Origin: Eledone cirrhosa
Lineage: Eukaryota
Assembly: GCA_964016885.1 (NCBI GenBank)
Contig: OZ024744.1
Span: 13,268,001 to 13,332,000 of the forward strand
DNA length: 64,000 bases
Reading direction: 5' to 3'
The notes below the pieces were generated by a model that searched no databases, was not told the origin of the DNA, and worked only from the letters and a program-made list of their open reading frames with translations. The position numbers and the translations under genes are program-made. Shown here piece by piece: positions 1-11,000 of the stretch; position 1 is the stretch's first letter; each line of letters begins with the position of its first letter.

Positions 1-89
1 TCACTCCAGTTAAAGCCACTCTCTAAATTGAGAGATCACAACTCCAATACTATGGACATGTGGTTAGAATGTCTCAGTAGATCAGGGAG
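1..89. repeat. Representative 89-bp monomer: subunit A (9-45), 17-bp dyad-containing spacer (46-62), subunit B (63-97)
   Basis: A=gttaaagccactctctaaattgagagatcacaactcc and consensus B=gttagaatgtctcagtagatcagagagtcactcca share the ordered blocks gtta..tctc..taRat..gagag..tcac..tcc. The lengths sum correctly: 37+17+35=89. Confidence 0.75.
19..34. other. Dyad symmetry present in most monomers: CTCTC-taaatt-GAGAG (first copy shown)
   Basis: Perfect 5-bp inverted arms around a 6-nt AT loop, read directly from the sequence. Confidence 0.85.
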
Positions 90-133
90 TCATTCTTGTT
101 AAAGCTACTCTCTAAATTGAGAGATCACAACTC

Positions 134-144
134 CCATACTATGG
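134..144. other. Dyad symmetry in C-allele monomers: CCATA-c-TATGG (first copy shown), followed by ACATGT palindrome
   Basis: ccatactatgg has 5-bp inverted arms around one base. It extends to TCCATA-c-TATGGA in the 88-bp deletion monomers. Confidence 0.85.
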
Positions 145-3100
145 ACATGTGGTTACAATCTCTCAGTAGATCAGAGAGACATTCCCGTTAAAGCCACTCT
201 CTAAATTGAGAGATCACAACTCCCATACTATGGACGTGTGGTTAGAATGTCTCAGTAGATCTGAGAATCACTCCAGTTAAAGCTACTCTCTAAATTGAGA
301 GATCACAACTCCCATACTATGGAAATGTGGTTAGAATGTCTCAGTAGATCAGAGAGTCACTCCAGTTAAAGCCACTCTCTAAATTGAGAGATCACAACTC
401 CTATACTATGGACATGTGGTTAGAATGTCTCAGTAGATCAGAAAGTCACTCCAGTTAAAGCTACACTCTAAATTGAGAGATCACAACTCCCATACTATGG
501 ACATGGGGTTAGAATGTCTCAGTAGATCAGAGTGTCACTCCAGTTAAAGCCACTCTCTAAATTGTGGGATCACAACTCCCATACTATGGACATGTTGTTA
601 GAATGTCTCAGTAGATCAGAGAGTCACTCCAGTTAAAGACACTCTCTAAATTGAGATATCACAACTCCAATACTATGGACATGGGGTTAGAATGTCTCAG
701 TAGATCAGAGTGTCACTCCAGTTAAAGCCACTCTCTAAATTGAGGGATCACAAATCCCATACGATGGACATGTTGTTAGAATGTCTCAGTAGATCAGAGA
801 GTCACTCCAGTTAAAGCCACTCTCTAAATTGAGAGATCACAACTCCAATACTATGGACATGTGTTTAGAATGTCTCAGTAGATCAGAAAGTCACTCCAGT
901 TAAAGCTACACTCTAAATTGAGAGATCACAACTCCTATACTATGGACATGGGGTTAGAATGTCTCAGTAGATCAGAGAGTCACTCCAGTTAAAGCCACTC
1001 TCTAAATTGAGGGATCACAACTCCCATACTATGGACATGGGTTTGAATGTCTCAGTAGATCAGAGAGTCGCTCAAGTTAAAGCCACTCTCTAAATTGAGA
1101 GATCACAACTCCAATACTATGGACATGTGGTTAGAATGTCTCAGTAGATCGGAGAGTCACTCCAGTTAAAGCTACTCTCTAAATTGAGAGATCACAACTC
1201 CCATACTATGGACATGTGGTTACAATCTCTCAGTAGATCAGAGAGTCACTCCAGTTAAAGCCACTCTCTAAATTGAGAGATGACAACTCCAATACTATGG
1301 ACATGGGGTTTGAATGTCTCACTAGATCAGAGAGTCACTCCAGTTAAAGCTACTCTCTAAATTGAGAGATCACAACTCCAATACTATGGACATGTGGTTA
1401 GAATGTCTCAGTAGATCAGAGAATCACTCCAGTTAAAGCTACTCTCTAAATTGAGAGATCACATCTCCCATACTATGGATATGTGGTTAGAATGTCTCAG
1501 TAGATCAGAGTGTCACTCCAGTAAAAGGCACTCTCTAAATTGAGGGATCACAACTCCCATACTATGGACATGTTGTTAGAATGTCTCAGTAGATCAGAGA
1601 GTCACTCCAGTTAAAGCCAATCTCTAAATTGAGAGATCACAACTCCAATACTATGGACATGTGTTTTGAAAGTCTCAGTAGATTAGAGTGTCACTCCAGT
1701 TAAAGCTACTCTCTAAATTGAGAGATCACAACTCCAATACTATGGACATGTTGTTAGAATGTCTCAGTAGATCAGAGAGTCACTCCAGTTAAAGCCACTC
1801 TCTAAATTGAGAGATCACAACTCCAATACTATGGACATGTGTTTAGAATGTCTCAGTAGATCAGAAAGTCACTCCAGTTAAAGCTACACTCTAAATTGAG
1901 AGATCACAACTCCTATACTATGGACATGGGGTTAGAATGTCTCAGTAGATCAGAGAGTCACTCCAGTTAAAGCCACTCTCTAAATTGAGGGATCACAACT
2001 CCCATACTATGGACATGGGTTTGAATGTCTCAGTAGATCAGAGAGTCGCTCAAGTTAAAGCCACTCTCTAAATTGAGAGATCACAACTCCAATACTATGG
2101 ACATGTGGTTAGAATGTCTCAGTAGATCGGTGTGTCACTCCAGTTAAAGCTACTCTCTAAATTGAGAGATCGCATCTCCCATACTCTGGACATGGGGTTA
2201 GAATGTCTCAGTAGATCAGAGAGTCACTCTTGTTAAAGCTACTCTCGAAATTGAGAGATCACATCTCCCATACTATAGACATGTGGTTAGAATGTCTCAG
2301 TAGATCAGGGAGTCATTCTTGTTAAATTTACTCTCTAAATTGAGAGATCACAACTCCCATACTATGGACATGTGGTTACAATCTCTCAGTAGATCAGAGA
2401 GTCACTCCAGTTAAAGCCACTCTCTAAATTGAGAGATCACAACTCCAATACTATGGACATGGGGTTTGAATGTCTCACTAGATCAGAGAGTCACTCCAGT
2501 TAAAGCTACTCTCTAAATTGAGAGATCACAACTCCAATACTATGGACATGTGGTTAGAATGTCTCAGTAGATCAGAGAATCACTCCAGTTAAAGCTACTC
2601 TCTAAATTGAGAGATCACATCTCCCATACTATGGATATGTGGTTAGAATGTCTCAGTAGATCAGAGTGTCACTCCAGTAAAAGGCACTCTCTAAATTGAG
2701 GGATCACAACTCCCATACTATGGACATGTTGTTAGAATGTCTCAGTAGATCAGAGAGTCACTCCAGTTAAAGCCAATCTCTAAATTGAGAGATCACAACT
2801 CCAATACTATGGACATGTGTTTTGAAAGTCTCAGTAGATTAGAGTGTCACTCCAGTTAAAGCTACTCTCTAAATTGAGAGATCACAACTCCAATACTATG
2901 GACATGGGGTTTGAATGTCTCAGTAGATCAGAGAGTCGCTCAAGTTAAAGCCACTCTCTAAATTGAGAGATCACAACTCCAATACTATGGACATGTGGTT
3001 AGAATGTCTCAGTAGATCAGAGTGTCACTCCAGTTAAAGCTACTCTCTAAATTGAGAGATCACAACTCCCATACTATGGAAATGTTGTTAGAATGTCTCA

Positions 3101-4589
3101 GTAGATCAGAGAGTCACTCCAGTTAAAGCCACTCTCTAAATTGAGAGATCACAACTCCAATACTATGGACATGTGTTTAGAATGTCTCAGTAGATCAGAC
3201 AGTCACTCCAGTTAAAGCTACACTCTAAATTGAGAGATCACAACTCCTATACTATGGACATGGTGTTAGAATGTCTCAGTAGATCAGAGAGTCACTCCAG
3301 TTAAAGCCACTCTCTAAATTGAGGGATCACAACTCCCATACTATGGACATGGGGTTTGAATGTCTCAGTAGATCAGAGAGTCGCTCAAGTTAAAGCCACT
3401 CTCTAAATTGAGAGATCACAACTCCAATACTATGGACATGTGGTTAGAATGTCTCAGTAGATCGGAGTGTCACTCCAGTTAAAGCTACTCTCTAAATTGA
3501 GAGATCGCATCTCCCATACTCTGGACATGGGGTTTGAATGTCTCAGTAGATCAGAGAGTCACTCCAGTTAAAGCTACTCTCTAAATTGAGAGATCACAAC
3601 TCCAATACTATGGACATGTGGTTAGAATGTCTCAGTAGATCAGAGAGTCACTCCAGTTAAAGCTACTCTCTAAATTGAGAGATCACAACTCCAATACTAT
3701 GGTCATGTGGTTAGAATGTCTCAGTAGATCAGAGAGTCACTCCAGTTAAAGCCACTCTCTAAATTCAGAGATCACAACTCCAACACTATGGACATGGGCT
3801 TTGAATGTCTCAGTAGATCAGAGTGTCACTCCAGTTAAAGCCACTCTCTAAATTGAGAGATCACAACTACCGTACTATGGACATGTGTTTAGAATGTCTC
3901 AGTAGATCTGAGAGTCACTCCAATTAAAGCCACTCTCTAAATTGAGAGATCACAACTCCCATACTATGGACATGTGGTTACAATCTCTCAGTAGATCAGA
4001 GAGACATTCCAGTTAAAGCTACTCTCTAAATTGAGAGATCACAACTCCCATACTATGGAAATGTGGTTAGAATGTCTCAGTAGATCAGAGAGTCACTCCA
4101 GTTAAAGCCACTCTCTAAATTGAGAGATCACAACTCCAATACTATGGACATGTGGTTAGAACGTCTCAGTAGATCAGAGTGTCACTCCAGTTAAAGCCAC
4201 TCTCTAAATTGAGGGATCACAACTCCCATACTATGGACATGTTGTTAGAATGTCTCAGTAGATCAGAGAGTCACTCCAGTTAAAGCCACTCTCTAAATTG
4301 AGATATCACAACTCCAATACTATGGCCATGTGGTTAGAATGTCTCAGTAGATCAGAGAGTCACTCCAGTTAAAGCCAGTCTCTAAATTGAGAGATCACAA
4401 CTCCCATACTATGGACATGTGGTTAGAATGTCTCAGTAGATCAGAAAGTCACTCCAGTTAAAGCTACACTCTAAATTGAGAGATCACAACTCCAATACTA
4501 TGGACATGGGGTTAGAATGTCTCAGTAGATCAGAGTGTCACTCCAGTTAAAGCCACTCTCTAAATTGAGGGATCACAAATCCCATACGA

Positions 4590-7500
4590 TGGACATGTTG
4601 TTAGAATGTCTCAGTAGATCAGAGAGTCACTCCAGTTAAAGCCACTCTCTAAATTGAGAGATCACAACTCCAATACTATGGACATGTGTTTAGAATGTCT
4701 CAGTAGATCAGAAAGTCACTCCAGTTAAAGCCACTCTCTAAATTGAGGGATCACAACTCCCATACTATGGACATGGGGTTTGAATGTCTCAGAAGATCAG
4801 AGAGTCGCTCAAGTTAAAGCCACTCTCTAAATTGAGAGATCACAACTCCAATACTATGGACATGTGGTTAGAATGTCTCAGTAGATTGGAGTGTCACTCC
4901 AGTTAAAGCTACTCTCTAAATTGAGAGATCGCATCTCCCATACTCTGGACATGGGGTTAGAATGTCTCAGTAGATCAGAGAGTCACTCTTGTTAAAGCTA
5001 CTCTTTAAATTGAGAGATCACAACTCCCATAATATGGACAAGGTGTTTGAATGTCTCAGTAGATCAGAGAGTCACTCCAGTTAAAGCTACTCTCTAAATT
5101 GAGAGATCACAACTCCAATACTATGGACATGTGGTTAGAATGTCTCAGTAGATTAGAGAATCACTCCAGTTAAAGCTACTCTCTAAATTGAGAGATCACA
5201 TCTCCCATACTATGGACATGTGGTTAGAATGTCTCAGTAGATCAGAGAGTCACTCCAGTTAACGCTACTCTCTAAATTGAGAGATCACAACTCCCATACT
5301 ATGGACATGTGGTTAGAATGTCTCAGTAGATCAGAGAGTTACACCAGTTAAAGCCACTCTCTAAATTGAGAGATCACAACTCCAATACTATGGACATGTG
5401 GTTAGAATGTCTCAGTAGATCAGAGAATCACTCTAGTTAAAGCTACTCTCTAAATTGAGAGATCACAACTCCCATACTATGGACATGTGGTTAGAATGTC
5501 TCAGTAGATCAGAGAGTCACTCCAGTTAGAGCTACTCTCTAAATTGAGAGATCACAACTCCCATACTATGGACATGTGGTTAGAATGTCTCAGTAGATCA
5601 GAGAGTCACTCCAGTTAAAGCCACTATCTAAATTGAGAGATCACAACTCCCATACTATGGACATGTGGTTAGAATGTCTCAGTAGATCAGAGAGTCACTC
5701 CAGTTAACGCCACTCTCTAAATTGAGAGATCACAACTCCAATACTATGGGCATGGGGTTTGAAAGTCTCAGTAGATTAGAGTGTCACTCCAGTTAAAGCA
5801 ACTCTCTAAATTGAGAGATCACAACTCCAATACTATGGACATGTGGTTAGAACGTCTCAGTAGATCAGAGAGTCACTTCAGTTAAAGCCACTCTCTAAAT
5901 TAAAAGATCACAACTTCCATACTATGGACGTGTGGTTAGAATGTCTCAGTAGATCTGAGAATCACTCCAGTTAAAGCTACTCTCTAAATTGAGAGATCAC
6001 AACTCCCATACTATGGAAATGTGGTTAGAATGTCTCAGTAGATCAGAGAGTCACTCCAGTTAAAGCCACTCTCTAAATTGAGAGATCACAACTCCAATAC
6101 TATGGACATGTGGTTAGAATGTCTCAGTAGATCAGAAAGTCACTCCAGTTAAAGCTACACTCTAAATTGAGAGATCACAACTCCCATACTATGGACATGG
6201 GGTTAGAATGTCTCAGTAGATCAGAGTGTCACTCCAGTTAAAGCCACTCTCTAAATTGAGGGATCACAACTCCCATACTATGGACATGTTGTTAGAATGT
6301 CTCAGTAGATCAGAGAGTCACTCCAGTTAAAGCCACTCTCTAAATTGAGAGATCACAACTCCAATACTATGGACATGTGTTTAGAATGTCTCAGTAGATC
6401 AGAAAGTCACTCCAGTTAAAGCCACTCTCTAAATTGAGGGATCACAACTCCCATACTATGGACATGGGGTTTGAATGTCTCAGAAGATCAGAGAGTCGCT
6501 CAAGTTAAAGCCACTCTCTAAATTGAGAGATCACAACTCCAATACTATGGACATGTGGTTAGAATGTCTCAGTAGATTGGAGTGTCACTCCAGTTAAAGC
6601 TACTCTCTAAATTGAGAGATCGCATCTCCCATACTCTGGACATGGGGTTAGAATGTCTCAGTAGATCAGAGAGTCACTCTTGTTAAAGCTACTCTTTAAA
6701 TTGAGAGATCACAACTCCCATAATATGGACAAGGTGTTTGAATGTCTCAGTAGATCAGAGAGTCACTCCAGTTAAAGCTACTCTCTAAATTGAGAGATCA
6801 CAACTCCAATACTATGGACATGTGGTTAGAATGTCTCAGTAGATTAGAGAATCACTCCAGTTAAAGCTACTCTCTAAATTGAGAGATCACATCTCCCATA
6901 CTATGGACATGTGGTTAGAATGTCTCAGTAGATCAGAGAGTCACTCCAGTTAACGCTACTCTCTAAATTGAGAGATCACAACTCCCATACTATGGACATG
7001 TGGTTAGAATGTCTCAGTAGATCAGAGAGTTACACCAGTTAAAGCCACTCTCTAAATTGAGAGATCACAACTCCAATACTATGGACATGTGGTTAGAATG
7101 TCTCAGTAGATCAGAGAATCACTCTAGTTAAAGCTACTCTCTAAATTGAGAGATCACAACTCCCATACTATGGACATGTGGTTAGAATGTCTCAGTAGAT
7201 CAGAGAGTCACTCCAGTTAGAGCTACTCTCTAAATTGAGAGATCACAACTCCCATACTATGGACATGTGGTTAGAATGTCTCAGTAGATCAGAGAGTCAC
7301 TCCAGTTAAAGCCACTATCTAAATTGAGAGATCACAACTCCCATACTATGGACATGTGGTTAGAATGTCTCAGTAGATCAGAGAGTCACTCCAGTTAACG
7401 CCACTCTCTAAATTGAGAGATCACAACTCCAATACTATGGGCATGGGGTTTGAAAGTCTCAGTAGATTAGAGTGTCACTCCAGTTAAAGCAACTCTCTAA

Positions 7501-8060
7501 ATTGAGAGATCACAACTCCAATACTATGGACATGTGGTTAGAACGTCTCAGTAGATCAGAGAGTCACTTCAGTTAAAGCCACTCTCTAAATTAAAAGATC
7601 ACAACTTCCATACTATGGACGTGTGGTTAGAATGTCTCAGTAGATCTGAGAATCACTCCAGTTAAAGCTACTCTCTAAATTGAGAGATCACAACTCCCAT
7701 ACTATGGAAATGTGGTTAGAATGTCTCAGTAGATCAGAGAGTCACTCCAGTTAAAGCCACTCTCTAAATTGAGAGATCACAACTCCAATACTATGGACAT
7801 GTGGTTAGAATGTCTCAGTAGATCAGAAAGTCACTCCAGTTAAAGCTACACTCTAAATTGAGAGATCACAACTCCCATACTATGGACATGGGGTTAGAAT
7901 GTCTCAGTAGATCAGAGTGTCACTCCAGTTAAAGCCACTCTCTAAATTGAGGGATCACAACTCCCATACTATGGACATGTTGTTAGAATGTCTCAGTAGA
8001 TCAGAGAGTCACTCCAGTTAAAGCCACTCTCTAAATTGAGAGATCACAACTCCAATACTA
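4590..8060. repeat. Recent tandem duplication of a 19-monomer block (period 1691 bp)
   Basis: Private variants recur exactly 1691 bp (19x89) apart: agaagatc 4791/6482, gtagattgga 4881/6572, aaggtgtttg 5040/6731. The variants gagttacacc and aaattaaaagatc also occur once in each copy. Confidence 0.92.
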
Positions 8061-11000
8061 TGGCCATGTGTTTAGAATGTCTCAGTAGATCAGAGAGTCA
8101 CTCCAGTTAAAGCCACTCTCTAAATTGAGAGATCACAACTCCAATACTATGGACATGGGGTTTGAAAGTCTCAGTAGATTAGAGTGTCACTCCAGTTAAA
8201 GCTACTCTCTAAATTGAGAGATCACAACTCCAATACTATGGACATGGGGTTTGAATGTCTCAGTAGATCAGAGAGTCGCTCAAGTTAAAGCCTCTCTCTA
8301 AATTGAGAGATCACAACTCCAATACTATGGACATGAGGTTAGAATGTCTCAGTAGATCAGAGTGTCACTCCAGTTAAAGCTACTCTCTAAATTGAGAGAT
8401 CACAACTCCCATACTATGGACATGTGGTTAGAATGTCTCAGTAGATCAGAGAGTCACTCCAGTTAGAGCTACTCTCTAAATTGAGAGATCGCATCTCCCA
8501 TACTCTGGACATGGGGTTAGAATGTCTCAGTAGATCAGAGAGTCACTCTTGTTAAAGCTACTCTTTAAATTGAGAGATCACAACTCCCATAATATGGACA
8601 TGGGGTTTGAATGTCTCAGTAGATCAGAGAGTCACTCCAGTTAAAGCTACTCTCTAAATTGAGAGATCACAACTCCCATACTATGGAAATGTGGTTAGAA
8701 TGTCTCAGTAGATCAGAGAATCACTCCAGTTAAAGCTACTCTCTAAATTGAGAGATCACATCTCCCATACTATGGACGTGTGGTTAGAATGTCTCAGTAG
8801 ATCAGAGAGTCACTCCAGTTAACGCCACTCTCTAAATTGAGAGATCACAACTCCAATACTATGGGCATGGGGTTTGAAAGTCTCAGTAGATTAGAGTGTC
8901 ACTCCAGTTAAAGCAACTCTCTAAATTGAGGGATCACAACTCCCATACTATGGATATGTGGTTAGAACGTCTCAGTAGATCAGAGAGTCACTCCAGTTAA
9001 AGCCACTCTCTAAATTGAGAGATCACAACTCCAATACTATGGACATGTGGTTAGAATGTCTCAGTAGATCAGAGAATCACTCTAGTTAAAGCTACTCTCT
9101 AAATTGAGAGATCACAACACCCATACTATGGACATGTGGTTAGAATGTCTCAGTAGATCAGAGAGTCACTCCAGTTAGAGCTACTCTCTAAATTAAGAGA
9201 TCACAACTTCCATACTATGGACGTGTGGTTAGAATGTCTCAGTAGATCTGAGAATCACTCCAGTTAAAGCTACTCTCTAAATTGAGAGATCACAACTCCC
9301 ATACTATGGAAATGTGGTTAGAATGTCTCAGTAGATCAGAGAGTCACTCCAGTTAAAGCCACTCTCTAAATTGAGAGATCACAACTCCAATACTATGGAC
9401 ATGTGGTTAGAATGTCTCAGTAGATCAGAAAGTCACTCCAGTTAAAGCTACACTCTAAATTGAGAGATCACAACTCCCGTACTATGGACATGGGGTTAGA
9501 ATGTCTCAGTAGATCAGAGTGTCACTCCAGTTAAAGCCACTCTCTAAATTGAGGGATCACAACTCCCATACTATGGACATGTTGTTAGAATGTCTCAGTA
9601 GATCAGAGAGTCACTCCAGTAAAAGCCACTCTCTAAATTGAGAGATCACAACTCCAATACTATGGCCATGTGGTTAGAATGTCTCAGTAGATCAGAGAGT
9701 CACTCCAGTTAAAGCCAGTCTCTAAATTGAGAGATCACAACTCCCATACTATGGACATGTGGTTAGAATGTCTCAGTAGATCAGAAAGTCACTCCAGTTA
9801 AAGCTACACTCTAAATTGAGAGATCACAACTCCAATACTATGGACATGGGGTTAGAATGTCTCAGTAGATCAGAGTGTCACTCCAGTTAAAGCCACTGTC
9901 TAAATTGAGGGATCACAAATCCCATACGATGGACATGTTGTTAGAATGTCTCAGTAGATCAGAGAGTCACTCCAGTTAAAGCCACTCTCTAAATTGAGAG
10001 ATCACAACACCAATACTATGGACATGGGGTTTGAAAGTCTCAGTAGATTAGAGTGTCACTCCAGTTAAAGCTACTCTCTAAATTGAGAGATCACAACTCC
10101 AATACAATGGACATGGGGTTTGAATGTCTCAGTAGATCAGAGAGTCGCTCAAGTTAAAGCCACTCTCTAAATTGAGAGATCACAACTCCAATACTATGGA
10201 CATGAGGTTAGAATGTCTCAGTAGATCAGAGTGTCACTCCAGTTAAAGCTACTCTCTAAATTGAGAGATCACATCTCCCATACTATGGACATGTGGTTAG
10301 AATGTCTCAGTAGATCAGAGAGTCACTCTTGTTAAAGCTACTCTCTAAATTGAGAGATCACAACTCCCATACTATGGACATGTTGTTTAAATCTCTCAGT
10401 AGATCAGAGTATCACTCCAGTTAAAGCTGCTCTCTAAATTGAGAGATTGCAACTCCCATACTATGGACATGGGGTTTGAATGTCTCACTAGATCAGAGAG
10501 TCACTCCAGTTAAAGCTACTCTCTAAATTGAGAGATCACAACTCCAATACTATGGACATGTGGTTAGAATGTCTCAGTAGATCAGAGAATCACTCCAGTT
10601 AAAGCTACTCTCTAAATTGAGAGATCACATCTCCCATACTATGGACATGTGGTTAGAATATCTCAGTAGAACAGAGAGTCTCTCTTGTTAAAGCTACTCT
10701 CTAAATTGAGAGATCACAACTCCATACTATGGACATGGGGTTTGAAAGTCTCGGTAGATTAGAGTGTCACTCCAGTTAAAGCCACTCTCTAAATTCAGAG
10801 ATCACAACTCCAAAACTATGGACATGGGGTTTGAATGTCTCAGTAGATCAGAGTGTCACTCCAGTTAAAGTTACTCTCTAAATTGAGAGATCACAAATCC
10901 AATACTATGGACATGTGGTTAGAACGTCTCAGTAGATCAGAGAGTCGTTCAAGTTAAAGCCACTCTCTAAATTGAGAGATCACAACTCCAATACTATGGA

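Noticed and set aside
1-89. Tandem tRNA, 5S rRNA, snRNA or spliced-leader gene array
   Set aside because: I recognise no cloverleaf, A/B boxes, oligo-T terminator or conserved RNA motifs, and the unit has no gene-plus-spacer organisation.
504-512. Telomere-like motifs (ggggttag, ggggtttg, ctctaaa/ccctaaa)
   Set aside because: They are single, degenerate 6-7-mers that never occur in tandem, so they cannot be distinguished from chance. One G-run per 89 bp is also insufficient for a canonical G-quadruplex.
1-980. Strict 178-bp dimeric higher-order repeat (gcc/gct alternation in the first monomers) or identity with Arabidopsis CEN178
   Set aside because: The alternation breaks after about seven monomers and odd offsets (11, 13, 19, 35) are common. 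The similarity to CEN178 is in length only.
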